From Chiloscyllium plagiosum (taxonomy: Eukaryota), in NCBI RefSeq assembly GCF_004010195.1, contig NC_057753.1, positions 7,803,304-7,867,303 on the forward strand: a stretch of 64,000 bases of DNA, given 5' to 3'. A model generated the notes under the pieces. It worked only from the letters and a program-made list of their open reading frames with translations. It was not told the DNA's origin and did no database searches. Every line of letters begins with the position of its first letter. The first letter of the stretch is position 1. This document shows, piece after piece, positions 36,611-50,334 of the stretch. The position numbers and the translations under genes are program-made.

Positions 36611-37741
36611 TGTGTTCTTAGATATGTACCTTGTGAAAAGATCTGCTTTTACAGCGTGATTTGTTCTGTCCTGCTTCTCTTGAAAGTAAGTGTTGGAAAT
36701 CTGGTGATGAGCGTTCTGGCCGTTGTAAAACCGTTGTGGTTTTAATTTCGACTAATTAAGAATTATTTGGTGGAGTCAGTCTTACAACGACCCAGACTTT
36801 CCAGTTTTACTTTCAGTTGTTGAAGCTGGATTTTCGGAAGACCCAGCTGTCTTTACTGTTGTGGGAGCTTGTGTTCTCCCCTTACTGCTGGGTTCGTGTT
36901 TTCGAGTTCTCCTTTATATGGGTTTTGCCAAAGTTCCTTTTTTTTTTGTTTAATCGGATACTGTTTTGTTTGAACAGTTAAGTAGTGTAGTTAATCATAT
37001 ATTATTCTGTTAAGTATGTCAGTAAAACAGCTCGAAACCATTTCTTTTAGTTTGTCTATATTTCACTGCAGTGAAAGAATAAAGTGTGCTTTGCTGCAGC
37101 CTAATAGTTTTACCAAGCGATTTATACATGGATTCCAACGCTGTACACGTGTCAGCCAGCGAGGCCCCTATACACAAAATGAATCAATACTTGAAGAAAA
37201 CTTTCCCCATCTTCTCCCCCTAATCGTTTATCCCCTCACTCATCAAATATCCATTTATCTCTGTATACAGAACACACTATGGCTTGCTCCTATAGACTTC
37301 CATGGCAATACATTCCAGAGTTTCACCACCCTTTATTTGAATATATTCGTCTTCATCTCAGTTTCTAAAGAGTCTATGCGTCCCACTGAGGCTGTGCCCT
37401 CGAGTGTTCTTCTCTCCTGAAATTGGAAACACTCTATGCAGGCTTCTCACAACTTTTTAAAGGGATTCTGCCTCATCGATCTAAATTCTATCCAGTATGG
37501 ATGCAGAGTCCTCAATCGTTCCTCATGTGTGATAAGACACATGAGAAATCCGGCCTGTTCGGCAAAGAACACAGATAACTTGGTCAGATATTATTTTCTC
37601 AGAATTTTTCATTGTAATAAAAAACGATCTGCTGCACGAATACATCAACACCACAGAGGTTACACTCAATTGTTTTTGTGAAAATAGTTTAATGAATGCA
37701 TAATTTCATAGAGTCTAATTAACTCCCTGGAGCCCGGCATG

Positions 37742-37749
37742 TATATAAT
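37742..37749 (+). promoter_or_regulatory. Candidate TATA box of the GPCR gene
   Basis: tatataat about 55 nt upstream of the ATG at 37800. Confidence 0.45.
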
Positions 37750-37799
37750 ACCATTCATTTTCAATGGTATAGCAAATGCATTCACAGCTTATGATAGAC

Positions 37800-37869
37800 A
37801 TGCACGCATTAGTGAAAGGTCTGCAGTTTGCCATTTACTATCCCTTCGTTGCAGCAATTGGACTTCCAG
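37800..37869 (+). CDS. GPR139/GPR142-like GPCR, coding exon 1
   Basis: MHALVKGLQFAIYYPFVAAIGLP-G|gtaaaa. This 70-nt phase-1 exon joins exon 2 in frame and completes TM1 (GLPANL). It is too short for the ORF track. Confidence 0.85.
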
Positions 37870-39281
37870 GTAAAATATTTGTCGAATTTCAGTACCTACA
37901 TCATTCATTCTATAAAATACCGTAATTTATATATAGTCTTTCCACGTTTTTTAGTTACTATTGCACATAGTATGAACATGCTACAATGAGTATGTGCTTA
38001 TCTGTACACAGTTGCAATGCCTTTACCTTTCGTTGCGTGTTGCGAAACACTTCAGGTGCATGTTATGTTTTCTCCAATTTATTGACCGATTTTCAAGAGT
38101 TCAATGCTTTCCTTCACTGCAATTAATGTTTTTTTTTTCCATTATTGGCATGGAAGTCCCATCCCCATTCAATTGTAATCTGTGTTGTCTATAAGGTTCT
38201 ACTGCCTGCTTGTCTCAAAAATCATTTCACACTTTTAAATGTGTAAGCTTCCAAACTTACTTCATTTGCATCACAATGTGAATCAACTCTCTGTGTTCTT
38301 GGCAGAGCGATCGTTTGTGAATCGCCAAGAGTTATCATGGTTGGAAGGAGTTCAGTTGTGTTATTGACAATGCTCATGCGACTGAATATCCACAATATCA
38401 TCTCCGTGTAATTGAAATTCTCTTTTCTTGCTGTCGATTCTTTCGCTGGTTTAATTATGACATTGTAACAGTTGGGACACATTGTGTTAATGTTAATTTA
38501 GAATGGGGCGGAATACTCTCGATGGTGGCAATTTTCAGTGTACTTAAATGTTGAATAATTTCTGACTAATTTCGATGAATGCGTTATTAATTAAAGTATT
38601 TTCAGCTGCATGATTTTCGGTAGTACTGTTACGTGTTTCTCGTAAATGGATGATTTGTAGTTGGCTGCAACAGAGAACAGTTTTTTTCTGCACTTAATCT
38701 CTAACATTGGCTGTTTCCCACCATTGACAGCAATATAGCATGTGGTAATGTTGGTTCAAAATTGATGCAACAAAACTGAAGAAACATCGTCTTCCTGTTC
38801 ATGTCTTTTTGTGTCAGAACACGTTTGTACAAGTGGTCATTCGATATTTTCAAAATTGGAATATTTTCATACTTTTTCTTGAAAGGAAGCCACACTGTAT
38901 TCTGGTTAAGGGAAAATCTGTGTTTATGTAAGATTCTAGACATATTGCTGTTTCTTCTATTATTTGTTGAGTTCAGTATTTTTACGTTTCTTTGCTGGTT
39001 TAGCATTTCCTGGAAAGTTAGATGTTGTGTGATTGGTTGACGTATGTTTCCATTTCTTGTTGAATTTTGTCAGAGCTCATGACATTTCATTCATTTATGA
39101 TTCACTGATGTCGCATACTTTAAACAAGATGACTGGGTCAAACGTATCAAATAATTAATCCGGCATGAGAGGCCACTCTCCACGTTCGGACTCAACTCTT
39201 TGAATTGCACAGAGTCCAATACAATGTATGATTTTGTTCGAGTCCAATCAGTCTCGATTGTATTGCCTTTTTCTCTTGCAG

Positions 39282-40207
39282 CTAACTTGGCAGTAATTGT
39301 GATCTTGTCCCGAAGAAGATGTGGTCTCTCTGGATGCATCATTTATTACCTGTTGGCCATGGCAGTAGCAGATCTTCTCGTCATAGTCACGGCTGTGATC
39401 CTAAATCGAATTACTGGGATATTTTCACCTTATGGTTTCCTGTCTATCACACCTATCTGCAGTGCACGCACTGCAATAAATTTTGCAGTTGTCGACAGTT
39501 CTGCCTGGTTAACAGTCAGTTTCACGTTTGATCGATTTGTGGCCATTTCTTGCCAGAAGCTAAAAATAAAGTACTGTACAGAGAATGTGGCAATGGGAGT
39601 TATAGTTATGGTGTCCACGCTGTGCTCCCTAAAGAGTATCTTCATTTATTTTGCATTTGAACCAACTTACATAGAGAACAAGATACCATGGCTCTGCACG
39701 TTAAAAGATGCATATTATATGTCACCTGCATGGACAGCATATGACTGCTTTCGCGGCATTTTAAACCCTCTGCTCCCATTCATTCTCATTTTACTGCTCA
39801 ATGTTCTGACTGTCAGACACATTGTAGCAGCTAATAGAGCTCGTTGCAGACTCCGTATCCAGACGAAAAAAGAGAATCAGAGTGATCTAGAAATGGAGAA
39901 GCGGAAGAAGTCTATTGTTTTACTCTTCGCAATCTCAGGCAGTTTTATTCTGTTGAATTTAGTATTTTTTGTCACGATACTCCATGTCCGAATTTCGAAT
40001 GCTACTTACTACTCAGGTTCTGGGATCGATTCCACATTGACGCTCCAAGAAGGTGGATATATGCTTCAAATATTGAGTTCCTGCATCAATCCGTTTATTT
40101 ATGCTGGGACCCAGAGTAAATTCAGAACTGAGTTAAAGAGGGGGATAAAATATCCGCTGAGCCTACTGCTTAATATAAACAATCTTGAAACTAGAAAATC
40201 GGAGTAG
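39282..40207 (+). CDS. GPR139/GPR142-like class A (rhodopsin-family) GPCR, coding exon 2; spliced product 331 aa
   Basis: Acceptor ccttttt-ctcttgcag|CTAAC. Seven hydrophobic segments with LAMAVADL (TM2), TFDRFVAI (DRY variant), ECL2 Cys (WLC), LNPLLPF (TM5) and SSCINPFIY (NPxxY). Frame is intact to TAG. Confidence 0.93.
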
Positions 40208-40644
40208 AATTATTTAAAAGCTTATTTTCCTCCAGGGCATACAAATATTTATGGACACTGGGACAACCTCTGATCAACTGCACGTAATATTCGTGATTCC
40301 ACCAACACTGATAGTCTGAATTGACTCCTATGACGCCTTCCATCACGTGACACAACTGTTTGAAACGGCTGCTCATGCTCACTCACACCCCAGTGCAACA
40401 TTTGCTGTATATTCTTTCAATGACTGCAAAGTCATGACCATAATCTGAAAATCATGATGTTTGGTTTGCCCCACACTGCTCAAATTGAGAGATGACATTA
40501 CTGCCTTTGCAGATTTAAAACTTACATCATCACTAATATACTGCTGATGTAATTAAGAGTATTCTCGAACATTTTACTTGTGGTGTTTGACGTTCAACCT
40601 CTGACATCACTTTCCCTTTTTCAGAAAGGGTAATCTGTTATTGA

Positions 40645-41860
40645 ATTTGTGAAGGGTAGGTCTTGCCTTACAAGTCTTATTGAATTCTTTGAGGAGGTGA
40701 CCTTTGAGGAGGGTAGAGCAGTGGATATAGTATACATGGATTTTAGTAAGGCATTTGATAAGGTTCCCCATGGTAGGCTTATGCGGAAAGTCAGGTGGCA
40801 TGGGATAGAGGGAAATTTGGCCAATTGGATAGAAAACTGGCTAACCGGTCGAAGTCAGAGAGTGGTGGTAGATCGTAGATATTCAGCCTGGAGCACAGTT
40901 ACAAGTGGAGTTCCGCAGGGATCAGTTCTAGGTCCTCTGCTGTTTGTAATTTTTATTAATGACTTGGATGAGGGAGTCGAAGGGTGGGACAGTAAATTTG
41001 CAGATGATACGAAGATAGGTGGAGTTGTGGACAGTGAGGAGGGCAGTTGTCGGCTGCAGAGGGACTTAGATATGATGCAGAGCTGGGCTGAGGAGTGGCA
41101 GATGGAGTTCAACCCTGCCAAGTGTGAGATTGTCCATTTTGGAAGAACAAATAAGAATGCGGAATACAGGGTTAATGGTAGGGTTCTTAGTCAGGTGGAG
41201 GAACAGAGGGATCTTGGGGTCTATGTACATAGATCTTTGAAGGTTGCCACTCAGGTGGATAGAGTTTGTAAGAAGGCCTATGGAGTATTATCGTTCATGA
41301 GCAGAGGGATTGAATTCAAGAGTCGTGAAGTGATGTTGCAGCTGTACAGGACTTTGGTTAGGCCACAGTTGGAGTACTGTGTGCAGTTCTGGTCGCCTCA
41401 CTTTAGGAAAGATGTGGAAGCTTTGGAGAGGGTGCAGAGAAGATTTACCAGGATGTTGCCTGGAATGGAGAACAGGTCGTACGAGGATAGGTTGAGAGTA
41501 CTAGGCCTTTTCTCATTGGAACGGCGAAGGATAGAGGTTTATAAGATGATCAGAGGAATAGATAGAGTAAACAGTCAGAAACTTTTTCCCCGGGTACAAC
41601 AGAGTGTTACAAGGGGACATAAATTTAAGGTGAAGGGTGGAAGGTATAGGGGAGATGTCAGGGGTGGGTTCTTTACCCAGAGAGTGGTGGGGGCCTGGAA
41701 TGCGCTGCCTGTGGGAGTGGTAGAGTCAGATTCATTGGTGACCTTTAAGCGGCAATTGGATAGGTACACGGATGGGTGCTTAAGCTAGGACAAATGTTCG
41801 GCACAACATCGTGGAACGAAAGGCCTGTTCTGTGCTGTCTTGTTCTATGTTCTATGTTAT
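40645..41860 (+). mobile_element. Young 5'-truncated CR1 with a 379-aa open RT fragment
   Basis: GRSCLTSL, YMDFSKAFDKVPH, GVPQGSVLGPLLF, FADDTK; tail tgttctatgttctatg. Confidence 0.97.
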
Positions 41861-43809
41861 GCACAAATAGACAAAAGCACAGAGTTGGGCGGGGGGGGGG
41901 AGGGGAATTATGGGAAGTGTGTATGAGAGAGAGAGATAATAATTACATGTGCTGCACAACTTTTCCTATTTCAGCCAGGCGTTGTGGATTATGCTTTTGC
42001 CATTTGTTTGAGTCAAGACAAATTCCCTGTGTAACCGAAACAGATTAGGCAGAGAATCAGCACAAAATTACTCAAATATTTCAAATGCGAGTGTGTCGTT
42101 GCACTCGGGCAGTTTCTTTTGTTGATGTAGGGCTAGCTTGTCAAACATTGTCTGCCATAAATGATTTATCATTACATTAAGAAACTAACAAAGCATATTT
42201 GGAGGCTGTGAATATCTTTATCCATATGTGCGCAATGTTAACTCAAAGAGTTTCATTTCCTTTGTCTTTCTCATTCATTGTAAGTTTTATTCATTAGAGT
42301 GCAAGACTTGAGCAAGAGCCCGGCCCGATGATTTTGGCAGATATCGCTCTGCAGAGGAAATTAGTCACATCAGTGAGCGAGGTGGTCGTTTCTGGAGCAG
42401 ACACCATTGGGTCGACAGTTGCTGTTCGCTGGCATTGTTTTTGGTTGAGCCGTGAATTTTGTGATACAGTTTACTAGCCACGCGGGAAGCTCATTAGTTT
42501 TGGTTCAATAAAACCAACCGTAATTGCTTTAAATTCTAATGAATGAAGTTTAACCTGTCTAGCCATATTTGACTTGACAGTTTATTTATCCCATGAGTCA
42601 TGCTGATTAATCATTTTTAAAAGGAATTCAATGCCGTTATGCCACGTCAAGACGACAATAATTAAAACAATAAACATTGTTGACAGAGTGACTTCAAGAA
42701 GACCCTTTAATTTTGTAACAGAAGTTACACATATTTAAACTCCAAACCTCATAAATAAAGTCAAAAAGTTGATTTGCTTTCGTCAATACATGCGTTTCAT
42801 GCTCAGAGCACTCACATTCTTTTGCAGGTTCCACATGCTTCATGTTTACCAACTATCTGTTACTACACGTGTTTCTCCAAAATGTTCTTTGTCTTTCAAC
42901 ATATTGTTTTTCGTTAATAAATCTACCCTGACATTCAACAAGTCTTCTCTTCTCCTTATCTTTTGCCTCCTCTCCCCGTTTCTTTGTCTCTGCCTTCGTG
43001 TCAAATTTTCTGCATCCCTCAATCGCTAAAATCACAGAAGTACAGAATTATTAAAGCATTTGCTACTGAATAACCAGCCCGTCATGCTTCATCTGGCTCT
43101 GCCATTTACTTCGAGTCATTCGTAACTCCATAGCTGGTGTTGCTTCTCCCTTTATACTGCATTGATTTGTGCTGCAGTTTTGTCCCTTACCGGTGCGCCG
43201 TCTTTCTCTCCCTCTCCAATTTTGTTTCCCTACTGCTGTTCTCCCTCATTCACACCTTTCTGTTACTCACCCTTTGTGTCGGTAACTGCTAATCTGCATT
43301 AACAAACACGCTAATTACTCTTGCTTATTGAATGAACTGTTAATATATCTGCAATGCTATCAAACACTTCTTCCGTTTTACGTGTCAGTACATCTTTCGT
43401 GCTTATCATTTTTTCGAAACGACTTTGTGCTAAAATTAAAAGTAAGCCTGTTCACATGGGCAGATGTGAATCTGTTGTCATCATAATGATGAACAATTTC
43501 TCCTCACACTAACATCAGCAACTTGATTCATGTCCTGCTTTTAAAGAGGAAAGTTTGTTCAGGGATGCGTGCACAACAGATAATGAATGAAAACACAGGC
43601 CTAAAATCTGAGAAAATGAGAATCGTAGTGAGTAAGGCTTCAACATGCTGAGACCCCAGTACATTTCAAATCAATCGACCAAAATTGCATGATACACAAG
43701 GCTGTGAATATTGGTCAAGTAAAATTACAACAGTGCGTGTGACACAGTCGCAGCAGCTCAACCAGTGTCACTGTCCCCTGCCTCTTCCCACTTGCCCTTC
43801 AGTGTTTAG

Positions 43810-44140
43810 AATTTGAAATATCGAATATAGAGAAATACAGTGCAGAACAGTCCCTTCAGCCTCGATGTTGCATCGACCTTTGAAGTAATCGAAGCCCAAC
43901 GCCTACCCTATCACTTCATCAATCGTGTGCTGATTCAAGGATTGTTCAACTGTCCCTAATATTGGTGAGTGAACTACATTGGCAGGCAGGGCATTCCACG
44001 TCCTTCCCACTCTCTGAGTGAAGAACCTTCCTCTGAAATCTGTCTTAAATCTATCACCCATCAACCTGCAGCTGTGCCAACTCGTACAAGCTAGGATCTC
44101 GGAAAAAAGACTTTCTCTGTCGACACAATCTAATCTTCTA
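43810..44140 (-). mobile_element. CR1 3' fragment
   Basis: ORF contains RGRFFTQRVGRTWNALP; CR1-type tail. Confidence 0.85.
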
Positions 44141-45099
44141 AACATCGCCAATGCCTTGCCTTGTACTTGTTCTCAGGAAGAAACAGAATATCTTCTACTC
44201 TATTCCAATTCAGCTGGTGAGAACACCTGCAGTCCCACCAACGTTCAGACAGTTGTTAATCGCAGAGCTTTGCTCACCCAGGGAAGAGAGTTCCTTTTCT
44301 TTTTCTGACCCTGCACTGCCAAATGAGTTGTCCAATGGGGTAGAGGCAATAGTCTCTTCACGTTTCATCACGTTCAAGTCCAGCGCAAACTAACTAATCT
44401 TGCTGAACGTCTCCTCCTGGGATGCACATCACCTCACAGGAATACATTCTGGTCACACACAGGCAGGGAATGAGTACAGGGAACTGCCAGGACTGAAGAA
44501 ACTCATTCAGAACTCTGCACTGCTATGGAACGGTAGCTGGGATTTATTAGTCAGGAGTATCGCATAACCAATGTAAACAGTGGGGAGTAAAACATGGCAC
44601 ATCACAACCCATCGCCTGTCTAATACCACATCATTATAGCTTTCTGATCTGTGTTCTCTGTTCTCTTGCAATTGCTCAATCTGCCTCTGTCTTTGTCCTA
44701 TCGCTGACATTTCCAGTTCAGTTTTGACGCCTCCATTCTCATGGATTCTGGCTGAACTGCTCGGTATTTTCAATGAGTTGAAAGGAAAAAAAGAGATAAA
44801 TGCAATAGTTACAAAAACATAGAAAACCGTCTTTCCACGAGTCGAGCTATTGAAGTGGAATATGGTGTTGGGAGCACCAGAGAATTGAAAACTTTTCTGC
44901 GTTGAAACTGACCTGAAATGAAAAAGTGGACAAAGTGATCAAACTCCCTCTGAATCCAAAGCTGAGGATTCAGTGTGTTCAGTGTTGTAACCTGGGTTAC
45001 AATGAACAAGATTTCCGATCAAAACTGAAACCAGGTCTGGCAAATTATGTGGGATTAGAAATAGAGTAATTTCGCCTCTGCTTGTTCTTTCGTCGGAGC

Positions 45100-45230
45100 C
45101 CAAGATTTGTGGTGCTCGAAAAACACAGCCGGTCATGCAACATCTGAGGAGCAGGAGAGTTGGACGTATCAAACAGAAGCCCTTCATAGGGAATCTCCTA
45201 CTCCTTGGATGCTGCCCAACTGGCTTGTGA
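45100..45230. repeat. Decayed and deleted copy of the 32-kb palindromic hammerhead element
   Basis: catctgaggagcaggagag...aagcccttcatagggaat followed by ctcctactccttggatgctgcc. Confidence 0.65.
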
Positions 45231-45534
45231 TGGTTTACAATTCGTGACAGATCAATTCAATGAAGGGACGATTGTGCACGGTGTGTCAGAGTAAAAGATT
45301 GATTTTTTTTCTCCTACTGTTCAAACTAGCACCAACATCACTCCAAATCAAACAAGAATATGTATTTGTTTGTTCAGCATCCAGACGGAATTGTCTCATT
45401 GTGAGATGGAATTTCTTTGAATTGTTTCATGCCACGGCTGGTGCCTTCACAGTTATTTCATCAGGTGAAAATCCATTCCAGCAAAATCTGCCTCTTTGTC
45501 TTGTGACCATTATGAGGCACGAAAGCAAATTTAG

Positions 45535-45610
45535 ACAATAGACAATAGGTACAGGAGTAGGCCATTCAGCCCTTCGAGCTTGCACCGCCACTCAAGATAA
45601 TCATGGCTGA
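45535..45610 (-). mobile_element. Very short CR1 3' end
   Basis: agacaatagacaataggtacaggagtaggccattcagcccttcgagc. Confidence 0.7.
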
Positions 45611-45699
45611 GAGGGCATTATTCAACCTACATATTTACACCCGAGTAGTTGGGAATGAACCCCAAGCAGCATTTGCACATTTGCCGAATGATTCACAAT

Positions 45700-47357
45700 T
45701 ATAGAACATAGCACTATACAGCACAGAACAGGCCCTTGGGTCCACGATGTTGTGCCGAACATTTGTCCGAGCTTCAGCATCTATCCATGTACCTATCCAA
45801 TTGCCGCTTAAAGGTCACCTATGATTCTGACTCCGCCACTCCCAAAGGCAGCGCATTCCATGCCCCCACCACTCTCTGGGTAAAGAACCTACGCCTGACA
45901 TCCCCATACCTTCCACCCTTCACCTTAAATTTATGTCCCCTTGTAACACTCTGTTGTACACGGGGAAAAAGTCTCTGACTGTCTACTCTATACTGATCAT
46001 CTTATACACCTCTATCAATCACCCCTTATCCTCTCCGTTCCAATGATAAAAGGCCTAGCACTCTCAACCTATCCGCGTATGACCTATTCTCCATTCCAGT
46101 CAACATCCTGGGTAAATTTCCTCTGCACCCTCTCCAAAGCTTCCACATCTTTCCTAAAATGAGGAGACCAGAACTGCACACAGTACTCCAAATGTGGCCT
46201 TACCAAGGTCCTGTGCAGCTGCAACATCACTTCACGACTCTTGAATTCAATCCCTCTGCTAATGAACGCCAATACGCCACAGGCCTTCTTACAAGCTCTA
46301 TCCACCTGAATGCCAACTTTCAAAGATCTGTGAACATAGACCCCAAGATCCTTCTGCTCTTCCACCTTACTAAGAACCATACCATTAACCCTGTATTCCG
46401 CATTCTTATTTGTCCTTCCAAAATGGACAACGTCACACTTGACAGGGTTGAACTCCATCTGCTACTCCTCAACCCAGCTCTGCATCATATCCAAGTCCCT
46501 TTGCAGCCGACAACAGATATCCTCACTATCCACAATTCCACCAATCTTCTTATCGTCTGCAAATTTAGTGACCCAACCCTCGACTCCCTCTTCCAAGTCA
46601 TTAATAAAAATTACAAACAGCAGAGGACCCAGAACTGATCCCTGCGGAACTCTACTTGTAACCGGGCGCCAGGCTGAATATTTACCATCTACTACCACTC
46701 TCTGACTTTGACCAGTTAGCCAGTTCTCTTTCCAACTGGCCAAACTTCCCACTATCTCATGCCTCCTGACTTTCTGCATAAGCCTACCATGGGGAAGCTT
46801 AACAACTGCCTTACTAAAATCCATGTATACTACATCCATTGCTTTACCCTCATCCACATGCTTGGTCACCTCCTCAAAGAATTCAATAAGTCTTGTAAGG
46901 CAAGGCCTACACCTCACAAATCCGTGCTGGCTGTCCCTAATCAAGCAGTGTCTTTCCAGATACTCATAAATCCGATTCCTCAGTACCCTTTCCATTACTT
47001 TGCCTATCACTGCAATAAGACTAACTGGCCTGTAATTCAAGGGGTTATCCCTATTCCCTTTTTTGAACAGGGACACAACATTCGCCAGTCTCCAGTCCCC
47101 TGGCACCACCCCCATTGACAGTGAAGACGAAGAAATTATTGCCAACGGTTCTGCAATTTCGTCTCTTACTTCCCACATAATCCTAGAATATATCCCGTCA
47201 GGCCCGGGGGACTTGTCTATCCTCAGGTTTTTCAAAATGCCCAACACATCTTCCTTCCTAACAAGTATCTCCTCTAGCTTACCAGTCCCATTCATACTCT
47301 CCTCTTCAACAATACGGTCCCTCTCATTTGGCAATACTGAAGAAAAGTACTCATTCA
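45700..47357 (-). mobile_element. Young CR1 RT fragment, same subfamily as 40645-41860 but inverted
   Basis: 298-aa and 124-aa RT ORFs (KSPGPDGI, NYRPVSL, PQGSVLGP, FADD). The 3' region is near identical to 41560-41850. Confidence 0.97.
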
Positions 47358-47459
47358 AAAATAAATCGCAACAAGGTCCAAAACAATTCCTATTACAAAT
47401 GCATTTGCATTACTGCTAAATTTGGGCAACATCGAAGATTTGTACAAGATTTTAAAAAT

Positions 47460-48588
47460 GACATAGAACATAGAACATAGAACATAGAAGAATACAGCGC
47501 AGTACAGGCCCTTGGGCCCTCGATGTTGCGCCGATCCAAGCCCACCTAAACTACACTAACCCACTATCCTCCATATACCTATCCAATGCCCTCTTAAATG
47601 CCCATAAAAGGGAGAGTCCACCACTGTTACTGGCAGGGCATTCCATGAACTAACGACTCGCTGAGTGAAGAACCTACCCCTAACATCAGTCCTATATCTA
47701 CCCCCCCTTAATTTAAAGCTATGCCCCCTTGTAATACCCGACTCAATACGCGGGAAAAGGTTCATACTGTCGACCCTATCTAACCCCCTAATCATCTTGT
47801 ACACCTCAATCAAGTCACCCCTAAACCTTCTTTTCTCTAGTGAAAACAGCCCCAAGTGCCTCAGTCTTTCCTCATACGATTTTCCTTCCATACCAGGCAA
47901 CATCCTGGTAAACCTCCTCTGCACCCGTTCCAATGCCTCCACATCCTTCCTATAGTATGGCGACCAAAACTGCACACAATATTCCAGATGCGGCCGTAAC
48001 AGAGTCTTATACAACTGCAAAATGCATTTCCTCCCATTTAGTTTATCTAATATCCATCTGTCACTCCTCAATCCATTGACCTAATTGCACAATGACTCTT
48101 TGCAATCAGAGATAACTGTCTCACTGCCCAATATAACAGCAATTTTAGTGTTATCTGTAAATGTACCAACCATGCCATTGATATTATCATCCTAACCTTT
48201 TACATCAATGACAAACAAAAGCCCATCCAGTACTGATCCCGGTGGAACATTGCTTGTTATAAGCTTCGAGGCGAAAGCAAAATCCTCTATTCTGTCTCCT
48301 TCTGTAAAACCGAACTTACATCCAGTTGTCAAGCTTACCCGCAATCCCATGTCTCCGTATTTTCTGCAGTAGCCTACCATGGGGAACCTTATCAAACGCC
48401 TTACTAAAATCCATATATACCACATCTACCGCTTTCCCCTCATCAACCTCCTTCGTCACCTTTTCAAAGAATTCAATAAGGTTTGTGAGGCACGACCTGC
48501 CCTTCACAAAACCATGCTGACTATCCTTGATCACATTATTCCTATCCAGATGTGCATAAATCCTAATCCTTACAATTCTCTCTAAGAC
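47460..48588 (-). mobile_element. Composite CR1: young 3' end with a 7-nt repeat tail, an older middle part and a young RT piece
   Basis: (acataga)n tail at 47460. 171-aa RT C-terminus. ORF with QHGFVKGRSCLTNL...DFSKAFDKVPH. Diverged segment 48020-48340. Confidence 0.9.
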
Positions 48589-49129
48589 ATCTGAGGTGGA
48601 AGAATGTTTGGAAAACGAGGAAAAGCCATCTGCCAGAATATGCATCTTATTTAGAGATATTGGAGAGGTAGTTTCCAAATATAGTGTGAGAACGTTAAAG
48701 GTGATAAGAGAGTCAATGATACGCTAATTGTCTGTGATTCGTTTTGTTCTGGTTGTGAAAAACCATGGTGCATGAGTTAGCTTCATTTATCTCATTTCTG
48801 ACTGAAGGTGTTTAAGCAGAGCTGCAATTGTTTCGCTTTCCTCGACTCCCTGTTGAAAATTTCCTGTTGTCCTGCCTTCTAACGGTAAATGAATATTCAG
48901 AGCAATTTGGCAACCTGTCTCTCATTTCCTGCAATTAATTGGAGAGTTGTTTTTTGTCTCCACATCTGCAAATATTTCCACATAAATTCAGTGTAAGATT
49001 TGTTGATGAGGAAAGCAATAAATTAACAAATTCAACGCATTTTTATGAATTGGAAGACACAAGACTCCGTGCCTGGTTAACAACACCACACTTTTATTTC
49101 TGCCCGGTTTGTACCAAGCGAATTTGCCT

Positions 49130-49692
49130 GCATGCCAGAAACAAATGGCCATTATTGGATTACTGCGTGAAAACATAGTCTGCCTCCTATCGGAAGGATG
49201 TTGTGAAACTTGGAAGGGTTCATAAAACAATTAAAAGGATGTTCCCCGGTTTTGAGGGTTTAAGCTATCGGGAGAGGCTGAATAGGCTTGGGCTATTTTC
49301 CCTTGGAGCGTTGGAGGCGAAGGGATAATCGTATAGAGATTTATAAAATCATGAGGTACATGGTTAGGCAAAATAGACAAAGTCAGTTCCCTGGGGTGGG
49401 GGAGCCCAGAACTAAGGGGCATAGGATTAGGGTGAGAAGGGAAAGATATAAAAGAGACCTAAAGAGCAACTCTTTCATACAGAGGGTGGAACGTGTATGG
49501 AATGAGCTGCCACACGAAGTGGTGGAGGCTCGTAAGATTGCAACATTTAAACGGCATCTGGAAGGATATATGCATAGGAAGAGTCTGGAGGGATAGGGAC
49601 CGTGTGCTGGCAGCTAGGACTAGATTGGGTAGGGATATCTGGTCGGTATTGGCTAGTTGGACCGTGCTGTACAATTCGATGATTCTATGCCT
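49130..49692 (+). mobile_element. CR1 3' fragment
   Basis: ORF 49288-49596 is a CR1 ORF2 C-terminus (RVWNELP). Confidence 0.85.
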
Positions 49693-50334
49693 CTAAGTGC
49701 TGCTTGTTCTAGATACGAAAAATAAAACACTGCGCCTGTGTCACCATTACGTCTCTTCTTGCTGACTTAATAGGAAAGAAGGCTTCCACCAACTTGCATG
49801 CTCCTCACCTTCCTTTATCTTCCCGTTTAGATTTTTCCTCTCCTCGGTAAGATAAAGATAACAATGGAAGGTTGTAATATGTAAGCGGTCTGTCCTCACT
49901 TATAATATGATTTCCTCAGCCTCACTTATAATATGCTTTGAATGTGTCTTTCGGAACACACGTTAAAGTTCGTGATTTTATGAGGTTGATATGCCTCGGT
50001 AAAAGCATGCATTCATGATGTGACTGAAGGAGCTTCTAATGGATGCAGCACTTTAAAACACGAGCTTTCTGATCTCTCCTTCACACATTTATGAAATGTA
50101 GAGAGTGTATAAATTAAGTCTTTCAGAGAAAGCCTCAAGGTAATATTCAGATAGCATAAACCAAGAGTTTTCTCTCCACTGTGACTCCAAGAATTCAATC
50201 AAATGTTTCTGCTTCAATTCCTCTAAGCGTTTAATTTTCGGAGTAGATTGAATATAATAGCCTGACCACTATAAGCACAGTACACACAGGCTGGACTCCT
50301 TACATACAAAGATAGTCTTCAAAATACAATTAAA

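Noticed and set aside
39200-39281. ORF-track N-terminus MNCTESNTMYDFVRVQSVSIVLPFSL
   Set aside because: It starts at TTG and runs through a polypyrimidine tract and AG acceptor. The exon at 37800-37869 supplies the proper TM1 start.
44190-44790. Non-repeat stretch with minus-strand open frames after a pyrimidine tract
   Set aside because: No AG at the expected acceptor, the frames are interrupted, and I recognise no domain.
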